Assembly: GCA_018334915.1 (NCBI GenBank) | Contig: JAGXLB010000001.1 | Span: 11,017 to 75,016 of the forward strand | Length of the DNA stretch: 64,000 bases | Source of the DNA: Candidatus Bipolaricaulota bacterium | GTDB taxonomy: Bacteria > Bipolaricaulota > Bipolaricaulia > M55B111 | Direction of reading: 5' to 3' | Shown: in pieces, positions 28,549-37,619 of the stretch | Position numbering within the stretch: the stretch's first letter is position 1 | How the letters are laid out: every line of letters begins with the position of its first letter | Notes under the pieces: generated by a model | Told to the model about the DNA's origin: nothing | The model's input: only the letters and a program-made list of their open reading frames with translations | Database searches by the model: none | Program-made: the position numbers and the translations under genes

Positions 28549-29148
28549 ATGAAGTTTGACGATTCCTACGGAGAATACAGAAAAAGCGGAATATTTTTCG
28601 TTATAACAGGGCCTTCGGGCGTTGGTAAGACGACGCTCATGAACCGGGCACTGGAAAGGGACGAAAGACTTGCCTACTCTGTTTCCCACACTACGAGGAG
28701 TAAAAGAGCGGGAGAGGTAGATGGCGAGGACTACCACTTCGTTGACAGGAATGAATTTGAGGAAATGGTTGAAAGAGAAGGCTTTCTGGAATGGGCCGAA
28801 TTCTGTGGGGACTACTACGGTACTTCCAGAGAAGAGATAAAAAGCATCAAACGAGAAGAGTCCGATCCTTTTCTGGATATCGACGTCCAGGGGGCCAAGC
28901 AGCTCAGATCAGACCCTTCTCTGGATGCGGTTTTTGTATTTTTAGCGCCGCCTTCCCTTGAAGAACTGGAGCGGAGGATAATGGACCGGGGAGCGGAAAC
29001 CGAGGACACAATAGAAAAACGAATAAGGATTGCCCGGAATGAACTGTCCCGGATACCCGAGTTTGACTATTTAGTAGTAAATAAAGAAATAAAAGAAGCT
29101 GTCAGTGACCTAGAAGCCATAATTAGAGCTGAACGACTTAAAGTATAA
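28549..29148 (+). CDS. gmk: Guanylate kinase
   Basis: GPSGVGKT, SVSHTTR..R.GE.DG.DYHF, YYGT, DIDVQGA. Start set at the ATG after GAGGT. Confidence 0.97.
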   Translation: MKFDDSYGEYRKSGIFFVITGPSGVGKTTLMNRALERDERLAYSVSHTTRSKRAGEVDGEDYHFVDRNEFEEMVEREGFLEWAEFCGDYYGTSREEIKSIKREESDPFLDIDVQGAKQLRSDPSLDAVFVFLAPPSLEELERRIMDRGAETEDTIEKRIRIARNELSRIPEFDYLVVNKEIKEAVSDLEAIIRAERLKV

Positions 29149-29163
29149 CCAGAATATAACAAG

Positions 29164-29538
29164 GTGGTGTCCGGGATCGGTATAGGTGGTATAGGAATAG
29201 ATCTCGTGAAAGTCCCGAGAATAAAGCGTCTGGCTGATAAATGGGGCCGTAAATTTCTGGAAAGGGTCTTTACCAAGGCGGAACGGGATTATTGTCTGTC
29301 AGGACGAAGACAGTACGAGCACCTGGCGGGTCGGTTTGCAGCCAAGGAAGCGGTAATAAAGGCTCTCGGTATAAAGATTCCCTGGAAATCAATTAAAGTG
29401 GAATCGGACCGTAACGGTAGGCCGTTTGTTCTGGTTGAGAGTGATAATGAGAAAACGATTTTCTCAACAGGGGATCTACATGTATCGATCACCCATCTGG
29501 AGTACTATGCCATTGCCATTGCCGTAGTTGAGGACTGA
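29164..29538 (+). CDS. acpS: Holo-ACP synthase
   Basis: GIGIDLV, LAGRFAAKEAVIKAL, GRP, VSITH. Confidence 0.96.
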   Translation: MVSGIGIGGIGIDLVKVPRIKRLADKWGRKFLERVFTKAERDYCLSGRRQYEHLAGRFAAKEAVIKALGIKIPWKSIKVESDRNGRPFVLVESDNEKTIFSTGDLHVSITHLEYYAIAIAVVED

Positions 29539-29557
29539 TTTTTACCAATAAATATCT

Positions 29558-29762
29558 GAGAACCCCACGGCTTGCCCGGGGATGAATCAGCTGGTTTTTG
29601 GTCCCCAGCACTCAATTCGGAACTCTTGTTGTATTCGTTTCTATTACAATTTAGCAGGGCGAATTTAGTACTGGAAGATTAACTGCCGGGTCTCGTTTTG
29701 TAAAAGACTGAAAAAACTACTTAAAAGGGGTTTTCTAAAAGCCCCGGCCCTTGCGGGGTTCT
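29558..29762. mobile_element. Non-coding ~205-bp element with hairpin ends (MITE/IS200-IS605 end-like), containing repeat modules D and A
   Basis: Left end AGAACCCCACGGCTTGCCCGGGGATGAAT; right end (reverse complement) AGAACCCCGCAAGGGCCGGGG; module A copy at 29677-29745; no ORF. Confidence 0.5.
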
Positions 29763-29808
29763 GGGCTCCTGAACTGGGAGAGTCTCAAATTGGTGGAATC
29801 CGGGGGGC

Positions 29809-30390
29809 CTAGATTGTTCGCTCCTCGCCCCGAATGAGTCTGGTTATATTGCTTCGGTGGGTGAGATAAATAAGGCAGACCAGAGCCAGTGAAATCCAGA
29901 GCAACGGGGTCTTAACGCCAAAGAAATAGAAAGTCACAGGGGTGGAGGATATAGCTACTAGAGAGCTGAGTCCGGCGATATCCCAGATGAGCAGGACAGT
30001 GATCCAGATTAATACGAAAATTAGACCGGCGAAAGGAGAGACATAGCTTATAACTCCAAGAGAGGTGGCTACTCCCTTACCTCCGGAGAACTGAAGAAAA
30101 GGGTTAACCACGTGACCGAGTACCGCCAGAAAACCCAGCCCTAGAGGGAGGCCAAGCTGGTGCATCAAAAAAGCCGCCACTATTCCCTTTCCAACGTCCA
30201 TAATCAAGGCGGCAACCCCATAGCTTTTGCCGCATACCCGAGAGACGTTGGAGGCTCCGGGGTTTCCGGAGCCATGTTGCCTTACGTCGGTATCAAGAAA
30301 AACCTTGGGAATTAGGTAGCTAAAAGGAATAGCACCGATTAAATAGGACGCAAGAGCGGATACTGGGAGAAGGAATAAGTTACCGATCAT
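29809..30390 (-). CDS. plsY: Glycerol-3-phosphate acyltransferase PlsY
   Basis: YLIGAIP, GSGNPGASN, DVGKG, GH, GGKGVAT, HRSNI.R. Confidence 0.96.
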   Translation of the reverse strand: MIGNLFLLPVSALASYLIGAIPFSYLIPKVFLDTDVRQHGSGNPGASNVSRVCGKSYGVAALIMDVGKGIVAAFLMHQLGLPLGLGFLAVLGHVVNPFLQFSGGKGVATSLGVISYVSPFAGLIFVLIWITVLLIWDIAGLSSLVAISSTPVTFYFFGVKTPLLWISLALVCLIYLTHRSNITRLIRGEERTI

Positions 30391-30398
30391 CCGGTACG

Positions 30399-32072
30399 TT
30401 AAAGTCCTTTGTCCTCAAGGTGTTCCCTCATCGAGATAGTTTCGTGTCCGCTTTCCCCTTCATCGGAATTGTTTCCCCGAGTCTCTCCTTTCTCTTCTTC
30501 CTGAAGGATTCTTATGGAAAGACGAACCTGCCTTTTTTCGTCGTTGATCCCTATTATCTTTGCTTCTACCTCGTCGCCTACTTCCAGTACGTCCTCAGGC
30601 GTAGAGACATTTTCGGTAGAGATTTCGGAGACGTGGATAAGACCTTCGACGTCATCTGTAATCTGAATGAACGCACCGAAGTCCTTTAATTCGGATATTT
30701 CTCCTTTGACTTTCGAGCCTACCGAATAGAGATCCTGGAATTCGTGCCACGGATCCTTCTGGGCCTGTTTGATACTCAGGCTTATCCTTCGATCCTGTTT
30801 GTTTACCTCGAGCACCTGGGTATTGACCTTGTCGCCTTCTGATAACATATCGCTTGGGTGGTTTACATGATCCCAGGATAGTTCGGAAACGTGAACTAAT
30901 CCCTCAACGCCTTCTTCTAGCTGAACGAACGCCCCGAAGTCTGTGACCTTGGTAACTTTACCGCTTACCTCGGTTCCCGGTTCGTAAATGTCCTCTATTT
31001 TCTCCCACGGATCCTGCTGGGCTTTTCTGACCGAGAGGCTAATTCTCTGTTCTTCCTCGTCGACTTCCAGTACCTCGGCTTCCACGGTTTCCCCCACGTC
31101 TACAACTTCGTGTGGGTCCTCAGGATAGCCCCAGGACAATTCTGAAATATGGATGAGACCTTCGACGTCCTCTTCAAGCTCGATAAACGCACCGAAGTCC
31201 GTAATCGACACCACTTCTCCTTCCACGATCTCGCCGACGGGGTATCTGTCTGAAACTCCTTCCCACGGGTTCGGCGTCAACCGTTTTATAGACAGAGAAA
31301 TTTTTTCTTCCTCTCTATCCAGGTCGATTACTTTCACGTCGACTTCGTCCCCTTCCTCGTAGTCGTCGGGAGGAGCGGGAAGATCCTTCCAGCTAATTTC
31401 CGACCTATGGACCAGCCCTTCGAAACCACCTATGTCGACAAACAGGCCGAAATCCACCACCGACTTTATTTCCCCTGTTATCGTCTCCCCTACTTCGAGT
31501 TCCTCGAAAATTTCGTCAATTCGTTCTTCCTGTTTCTCGCTCAGGTACTCTCTGCGAGATATTACGATGTTTCGGTTTTTTCGGGATAGCTCAAGTATTT
31601 TAAATTTGAGTTCCTTTCCCTTCAACTCCGAGATTACGCTCGGCATATCAGAACCTAAGTGGGATCCCGGCAGGAAAGCCTGAATACCGTCTATATTTAC
31701 GTGATAACCGGCGCTTTTTACTTCCTCGGTAATAGTCCCGGTAATTGTCTCGTCGCTCTTGAATGCTTCCTCGAGTTCTCCGATCTTCCTCTCGTAGGCC
31801 GCTTGCTTCTCCGATACGTAGACAGTACCTTTTTCCTCGTCAATATAAGTTACCAGGACCTCGACCTCTTCTCCCGTGTCGATTCCCTCTTCTTCTCTGA
31901 ACGGGGACAGTTCCGACTTGGGCAGTATGCCCTCGGATTTATAACCGATATCCACTAAAATGTCCTTCTCTTCTACCTGGACGACACTACCCGTAATAGT
32001 ATCGCCCCTGCTATACGTCCTAACGTCAGTTTCATCAAACGCTTCTTCCATCTTAATTTTCTCTTCCATCAA
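30399..32072 (-). CDS. rpsA: 30S ribosomal protein bS1
   Basis: VDIGYKSEG and repeated S1 domains (DFGAF..L...VEGL.H.SE); six domains. Confidence 0.97.
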   Translation of the reverse strand: MMEEKIKMEEAFDETDVRTYSRGDTITGSVVQVEEKDILVDIGYKSEGILPKSELSPFREEEGIDTGEEVEVLVTYIDEEKGTVYVSEKQAAYERKIGELEEAFKSDETITGTITEEVKSAGYHVNIDGIQAFLPGSHLGSDMPSVISELKGKELKFKILELSRKNRNIVISRREYLSEKQEERIDEIFEELEVGETITGEIKSVVDFGLFVDIGGFEGLVHRSEISWKDLPAPPDDYEEGDEVDVKVIDLDREEEKISLSIKRLTPNPWEGVSDRYPVGEIVEGEVVSITDFGAFIELEEDVEGLIHISELSWGYPEDPHEVVDVGETVEAEVLEVDEEEQRISLSVRKAQQDPWEKIEDIYEPGTEVSGKVTKVTDFGAFVQLEEGVEGLVHVSELSWDHVNHPSDMLSEGDKVNTQVLEVNKQDRRISLSIKQAQKDPWHEFQDLYSVGSKVKGEISELKDFGAFIQITDDVEGLIHVSEISTENVSTPEDVLEVGDEVEAKIIGINDEKRQVRLSIRILQEEEKGETRGNNSDEGESGHETISMREHLEDKGL

Positions 32073-32245
32073 ACGACCACCTATTAATTAGAAGTTTAAC
32101 AAGCCTCACCTTCTGGGCTTGTGGATTTACCGACTTTGCAAGGGTGATAATATAATAACCTCTCTGTTACTTTGAATCAACAGGAAAGATAGGATAAAAT
32201 TTCATTTCATACTGTTGAGGCATATGTGTATCTGGTTTTGTTGAC

Positions 32246-32899
32246 TTAAAGCTGATTAATGTGGTCCATGAGTTCAATGCTAAGTGCCTGGTAATCGAAA
32301 TTTTCACCAGTATGTGTATCTTCGGACTCCCTCCCGCCGGTCGAAGATAGTTTCAATTTCTCGAGATCAATAGGGGGTCCAATAGTCAATTTCGCTGGAG
32401 CGAAGAAGAAAGGAAATTCCGTGGGACTTCGGTCGTATTCGATTTTTAGCGGAAGGAACCTTCTGTTGGTCTTCTCTGCCAGTCTTACGGTACCACTTTT
32501 TGGGGCAGAGTCTTCTGAGGTCGTTCCTTCTGGGAATACACAGATTGGCCCCTTTTGTTTGAATGTTTTTAGCATATTGATTAGGTCCTTCTTTCCAAAT
32601 TTGTCTCTGTTTATCGTGGTGGAATAAGTCCTTACCGGTAACGAGAATATTGGATTGTTTAATAAACCTTCCCTGGCTATAAAATGAATTTTTCGCCGGA
32701 GCCCAAAAGTTATTCCTATTAATGGAGGGTCCCAGTAACTTGAATGAGTTGAGGTAATTACCAGATCTTCCGTTTTTTCGGGGATATTTTTTTTACCCCT
32801 CACTTTTAGCCTGAATAACAGTTTGGAAATGAGGTAGATTATCACAAGAAGCCCTACATAACCCAGTCTGTGAAGAAACTCACCTATTTTTTCTTTCAC
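32246..32899 (-). CDS. plsC: 1-acyl-sn-glycerol-3-phosphate acyltransferase
   Basis: HX4D (HSSYWD) and FPEGT motifs; downstream of cmk. Confidence 0.9.
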   Translation of the reverse strand: MKEKIGEFLHRLGYVGLLVIIYLISKLLFRLKVRGKKNIPEKTEDLVITSTHSSYWDPPLIGITFGLRRKIHFIAREGLLNNPIFSLPVRTYSTTINRDKFGKKDLINMLKTFKQKGPICVFPEGTTSEDSAPKSGTVRLAEKTNRRFLPLKIEYDRSPTEFPFFFAPAKLTIGPPIDLEKLKLSSTGGRESEDTHTGENFDYQALSIELMDHINQL

Positions 32900-32905
32900 C
32901 TGGAA

Positions 32906-33532
32906 TCACTTCTCTCGAGTTTTGTGTTCGGTGATTATCCCGGAAACCTTTTTTAATACTTCCTTTTCGGATAACGATGTCGTATCGATGATTACCGCGT
33001 CTTCAGCAGGTTTGAGCGGGGCCAATTCCCGTGTCTGATCACGTTTATCGCGCTTTTTGATCCCCGCCTCGATTTCTTCTATGGATCGGTCAGTTTCCAT
33101 CTGTTTTTTCCTCCGACCTGCCCGCTCCTCCGCCGTAGCTGTAAGATAAATCTTGACCTCAGCCTCGGTTAAAACCGCCGTTCCGATATCCCTGCCTTCG
33201 ACAAGCACGTCCCTGTCTTTAGCTATATCGATAATTCTTTCGTTTACGAGCTCCCTGATTACTTCTTTTTTAGCCATCTTTGAGGCTTTCTCACCGATTT
33301 CCTCCCTGGTGAGTTCTTCACTGGGCTTTTCCCCACCTATAACCAGTTCCGGCTCCGTCTTATCACAGGGGATTAGTGAGAGTGAATCGAGATCAAAGTC
33401 GTTGATTTTCCCGTAGGCCAATGCTCTGTAGAGTTGACCGGACTGAATAAATAACAGCGAAAACCTCCTGGCAACCTTCCTTCCTACGCTGGTTTTTCCT
33501 ACTCCAGCCGGTCCGTCTATCGTCACCTGCAT
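32906..33532 (-). CDS. cmk: Cytidylate kinase
   Basis: IDGPAGVGKT, EGRDIGT, RD.RD..R..APL.PA.DA. Confidence 0.97.
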   Translation of the reverse strand: MQVTIDGPAGVGKTSVGRKVARRFSLLFIQSGQLYRALAYGKINDFDLDSLSLIPCDKTEPELVIGGEKPSEELTREEIGEKASKMAKKEVIRELVNERIIDIAKDRDVLVEGRDIGTAVLTEAEVKIYLTATAEERAGRRKKQMETDRSIEEIEAGIKKRDKRDQTRELAPLKPAEDAVIIDTTSLSEKEVLKKVSGIITEHKTREK

Positions 33533-33536
33533 ACGA

Positions 33537-34430
33537 TTAACCCTCCTGTTCCTGTATTAGCTGGCCGTGGTTCGTGGGCCTCGCCACTATCACTTTTGCT
33601 TCCTCGGATATAGACCGCAAATCTTCTTCTAACTCTTCTTTAATCTCTTCTGAAGATACGTCTTTCCGAGAAATACCAAATATCGAACTACCACTTCCTG
33701 CCAACCCAGCCGCTTTGACCGTGGAAGAGTTTTGTAGAAGGTCTACGTAAGTTTCCAGTTCTGGGTTTAAGTCTAATGAGGCACGCTGGAGGTCGTTTTC
33801 CACTGTAAAATTTCCGATTCCGGGAGGATTGTCTCGGTAGTCTTTGGCAGGCTGTTTGTCGAAACTACCCCGCAGTTGATCAAACTTTGAATATACTTCC
33901 GAAGTAAGCTGGGAAAAAGGGGGTATAATTAAGGGAATCAACCGATCCCGAAATATATTCTCCTTCTTACTCAACTCTGAACCTTTCCCTTTACCGGTGC
34001 AGTATCCTCCGTAAAAGAAAAAGGGTACGTCAGCTCCGAACTCCTTTCCTAACCCTATGAGTGATTTTCGGGTGAGACCACAGCCCCATAGCCGATTAAG
34101 GCAGATAAGCGTGGTAGCCGCGTTGGAACTTCCTCCTCCCAGCCCTCCTCCAATCGGGATTCTTTTTTCCAGCGTGACATTTGCTCCCTGCTTCACGGAA
34201 CATGAATTTTTAAGCTTTTTCCCGGCCCTGTAACATAAATTATCTTCCTTCGGGATATCGACCCCGGTCGAGACCCTGATAACTCCCTGATTAGAGGATT
34301 CGAAAGTCATCCGGTCCGCCAGATTGATGCTCAAAAAACTGATATCGAGGTCGTGATATCCCCCATCTAACTTTCCCAGTACTTTTAACCGCGGATTAAC
34401 TTTGGCAAAAGCTTTAGCTAAAATTTTCAA
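33537..34430 (-). CDS. ispE: 4-diphosphocytidyl-2C-methyl-D-erythritol kinase
   Basis: AKVN, GYH, KRIPIGGGLGGGSSNAA, GADVPFF, NDL, GSGSS. Confidence 0.96.
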   Translation of the reverse strand: MKILAKAFAKVNPRLKVLGKLDGGYHDLDISFLSINLADRMTFESSNQGVIRVSTGVDIPKEDNLCYRAGKKLKNSCSVKQGANVTLEKRIPIGGGLGGGSSNAATTLICLNRLWGCGLTRKSLIGLGKEFGADVPFFFYGGYCTGKGKGSELSKKENIFRDRLIPLIIPPFSQLTSEVYSKFDQLRGSFDKQPAKDYRDNPPGIGNFTVENDLQRASLDLNPELETYVDLLQNSSTVKAAGLAGSGSSIFGISRKDVSSEEIKEELEEDLRSISEEAKVIVARPTNHGQLIQEQEG

Positions 34431-34483
34431 ACTGAAAACCCCACTCCTGGTTATTTTTCTTTCCTTTTAAAAGATCAAAAGCC

Positions 34484-34512
34484 ATTATACCCGGCAGGGG
34501 AAGGGTGGACAA
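34484..34512 (-). promoter_or_regulatory. Sigma70-type promoter for ispE-cmk-plsC
   Basis: Minus strand TTGTCC-17 nt-TATAAT. Confidence 0.7.
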
Positions 34513-34586
34513 GAGTTTCCCGTGCCAACCTGCTGGAAGAGCCAGCCTCGCTTAACTATAATATATTAAGATGAAAGGAGGACAAG

Positions 34587-35477
34587 TTGAAATCCGGATT
34601 CGTTCACCTCTTGGGTAAGTCAAATGTCGGTAAATCCACTTTTGTAAATAAGATAGTAGGGGATAAAGTTTCCATAACTTCCGACAAACCCCAGACTACG
34701 CGCAATAGAATAAATTGTATTTATAACCGTGATGATGCCCAAGTTGTATTTCTGGATACACCCGGCATCCACAAACCCGACAACTCACTGGGCAGTTACC
34801 TGGTAGAAGAGGCGAAGAAGGGGATAAAAGGTTCAGATCTGATTCTTTATATGGTCGAGCCCTGGGAGGAGGTTCTCGGGGACGAGCGTCCTTTCCTCAA
34901 GAAGATTTCAAGCCAGAAAGAAGACGTTTTTCTACTGGTAAATAAGGTAGACATTCATTCGCCAGCGGAAATAGCCAGAACTCTCGAAGCTTACGAGAAC
35001 GAAGGGATCTTTCAGGAATATATCCCGGTCTCGGCTTTGACAGGGGACGGTATCGATATAGCACTAAATAAAATTATCGAGTATCTACCGGAAGGAAATA
35101 GGCTCTTCCCCGAAGACGTTTCCACCGATAAGCCTCTTGAATTCCTGATGTCGGAACTCGTAAGGGAAAAAGTTTACGAATTAACTTACGAAGAGTTGCC
35201 CTACTCCGTTGCAACCCGGACTAAGTCCTACGAATTCAGAGATGAAGAGGACCTGCTGGAAGTATATATTGATATTTTCGTGGTAAGGGGGTCCCAGAAA
35301 GGAATCATAATTGGCAAGAAGGGTCAGAAGATTAAGGAAATTGGTAAGAGAGCCCGTAAAGACCTGGAAAAGCTGACAGGTAGAAAAGTGTATCTGGATC
35401 TGAAAGTGAAAGTGGCAAAGAACTGGAATAGAAAGTCCGATTCCGTAGAGTCTTTGGCTGGTTTTGATACTGAATGA
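34587..35477 (+). CDS. era: GTPase Era
   Basis: GKSNVGKST, PQTTR, DTPG, NKVD, KH domain IIGKKG. Confidence 0.98.
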   Translation: MKSGFVHLLGKSNVGKSTFVNKIVGDKVSITSDKPQTTRNRINCIYNRDDAQVVFLDTPGIHKPDNSLGSYLVEEAKKGIKGSDLILYMVEPWEEVLGDERPFLKKISSQKEDVFLLVNKVDIHSPAEIARTLEAYENEGIFQEYIPVSALTGDGIDIALNKIIEYLPEGNRLFPEDVSTDKPLEFLMSELVREKVYELTYEELPYSVATRTKSYEFRDEEDLLEVYIDIFVVRGSQKGIIIGKKGQKIKEIGKRARKDLEKLTGRKVYLDLKVKVAKNWNRKSDSVESLAGFDTE

Positions 35478-35496
35478 ACTATCACAGGAGGGAGAA

Positions 35497-36171
35497 ATGA
35501 AAAAATCTGACGTAGCGCCTTTAATCGATCATACCACTCTGGGACCTGAGTCTTCGGAAGAAGACGTAAAAGAAGTATGCCGGGAAGCGAAAGAGTACAG
35601 TTTTGCCTCGGTTTGTATTGAACCTATCTACGTTAGAACTGCAAAAGATATGCTAAAAGAGACGGATGTTAAGGTCGATACCGTGGTTGGTTTCCCGCAC
35701 GGAACTCACAAACGGGGGGCAAAAGGATTCGAGGCCCAGCTGGCGATAGAAGACGGTGCGGATGAGCTTGATATGGTGGTGAATATCCCCGCTTTGCAAA
35801 GAGGGGATTACGAAGTGGTTGCTCGAGACATAGCTGCAGTTACCGAAGCCGCGGAAGGAAGTACAAAGGACGTACTCGTAAAAGTTATCCTGGAAATGGG
35901 CCTGCTGGAAGAAGAGGCCAAGCGGGCCGGTTGTGTGATAGCTCAGGCCAGTGGCGCCGATTTCGTTAAGACCTCAACGGGGTTTGGTCCTTCCGGTGCC
36001 ACTGTCGAGGACGTAAAACTAATGAGCAGTGTAGTCTCGGACGACGTTGGCGTAAAAGCCGCCGGAGGTATAGGCGACTTCGAAGCGGCTAAAGAAATGG
36101 TAGAAGCGGGTGCCACCAGGATAGGTGCGAGTAGCGGCGTTGAGATAGTGCAGGGTGCACCGGAAGGTTAG
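35497..36171 (+). CDS. deoC: Deoxyribose-phosphate aldolase
   Basis: IDHT, GFPHG, GADELDMV, KVILE, FVKTSTGF, VKAAGGI, RIGAS. Confidence 0.97.
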   Translation: MKKSDVAPLIDHTTLGPESSEEDVKEVCREAKEYSFASVCIEPIYVRTAKDMLKETDVKVDTVVGFPHGTHKRGAKGFEAQLAIEDGADELDMVVNIPALQRGDYEVVARDIAAVTEAAEGSTKDVLVKVILEMGLLEEEAKRAGCVIAQASGADFVKTSTGFGPSGATVEDVKLMSSVVSDDVGVKAAGGIGDFEAAKEMVEAGATRIGASSGVEIVQGAPEG

Positions 36172-36192
36172 GTTAACAGTAAACTTCTATTA

Positions 36193-36939
36193 ATGGCATT
36201 AGAAAAAGCCACTGTATTTGTCATTCGGAAGGTAAATTTTAAGGATAGCGACTACGTGGTAACTCTATTTGGAAGGGAATCGGGAAAATTCGCAGGAATT
36301 GCAAAGGGTGCCAGAAAGCTTGAAAGCAAATTTGGAGGTGTGTTTGATCTACTGAACCTGGTTAGGGTAGTGTTCTATCAGGGTTCTGGGCTGGAGTTTA
36401 TCAGTGAAGCCGAGTTGATCGAAAACTGGGAAGGGATAAGAAGTTCCGGTGAGGCTATTGATGCCGGCCTGCGATGCGCCCGAATAATTAATAAGCTGCT
36501 GGAAGAGGGCCAGCGAGAAATGAGAGCTTACGATTTGCTTAAGGAGACTCTATTATCTCTCGACGAAAGCCAGGTACGGGCCAGGGTGGTCGAACTGGGG
36601 TTTTATCTTAAACTTTTTCGAAATCTGGGCTACCGACCCAAGCTGAGAGAGTGTGCTAGCTGTGGCAGGTCGGTTGAAGATGAAGGGTCTGTTCGATTCT
36701 CCCCGGAGGCCGGCGGAGTAGTTTGTTCCGGTTGTTCGACGAAAAAAGAGTTTCCAGTATCCGGTGGTCTAAGGAAAGTCCTAATTAAATTAAGCGCGAC
36801 CCCTCAGGCCGGGGTTCAGCGATTGAAAGTTACGGAAAATCAGTTGCAGGAAGGATTTTCCCTTCTGGATAGGTTCGGCGAATTTCATTTCGGACAGAAG
36901 TTAATTCCCCGGGCGGGTTCCGGTACTGAACTGATGTAA
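36193..36939 (+). CDS. recO: DNA repair protein RecO
   Basis: OB fold (D..VTLF...GK...IAKGARK), zinc finger CASC...CSGC; near era. Confidence 0.94.
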   Translation: MALEKATVFVIRKVNFKDSDYVVTLFGRESGKFAGIAKGARKLESKFGGVFDLLNLVRVVFYQGSGLEFISEAELIENWEGIRSSGEAIDAGLRCARIINKLLEEGQREMRAYDLLKETLLSLDESQVRARVVELGFYLKLFRNLGYRPKLRECASCGRSVEDEGSVRFSPEAGGVVCSGCSTKKEFPVSGGLRKVLIKLSATPQAGVQRLKVTENQLQEGFSLLDRFGEFHFGQKLIPRAGSGTELM

Positions 36940-37037
36940 TTGTTATTTTTTTCGAGGGACAGACCCGGGGGCGGTCGGCGTCTTTTTGAATTAGCAAAAC
37001 CGATAGGTTACTATAATTTTTAACGTAGGTGAGACAA

Positions 37038-37574
37038 ATGAAAGTTAAGATAGAAGAAAGGCATATGGAGCAGAGCGACCCTTTAAGAGAATACGCCATA
37101 TCTAAAGCTGAAAGCCTACAAAAATTTTTCGATGGAATAATAAGCGTCGAAGTTACTATGGACGTGGAAAAGGAGAGAAGAACGGTTACGGTATTCGCTC
37201 ATTTAATTAATAAAAAGATAGCAAAGGCGACCGCGGAATCCGACGACATGTACGTCTCGCTGGATAGCGCAATGGATAAACTGGAACGTCAGCTAAAAAA
37301 AATTAAGGAAAAACTTAAGGACAAACATAAAGGAGAACTGGATGAGGAAGGAAGGGTTAGTTCTGACTACTTATCCTCGGACGAGGATCAGAGGGAAGAA
37401 ATAGTAAAGACGGATACTTATTTTAAGAAGCCGATGACGCCGGACGAAGCGTCTCTGCAGCTGGATGCGTATCAGCAAGATTTTCTCGTTTTTGTAAATT
37501 CGAATAAAGATCAGATAAATATAATCTACCAACGAGACGACGGCAAATACGGGTTGATCGATCCTCAGATCTAA
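37038..37574 (+). CDS. hpf: Ribosome hibernation promoting factor (long form)
   Basis: DMYVSLD.A.DKLERQLKK and CTD KPMTPDEA..Q...F.VF...INIIY.R.DG.YGLI. Confidence 0.95.
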   Translation: MKVKIEERHMEQSDPLREYAISKAESLQKFFDGIISVEVTMDVEKERRTVTVFAHLINKKIAKATAESDDMYVSLDSAMDKLERQLKKIKEKLKDKHKGELDEEGRVSSDYLSSDEDQREEIVKTDTYFKKPMTPDEASLQLDAYQQDFLVFVNSNKDQINIIYQRDDGKYGLIDPQI

Positions 37575-37619
37575 CTGACTCGGGCCGGAGCTAGCTCGAC
37601 TATCTAAGCGGGGAGCCTT

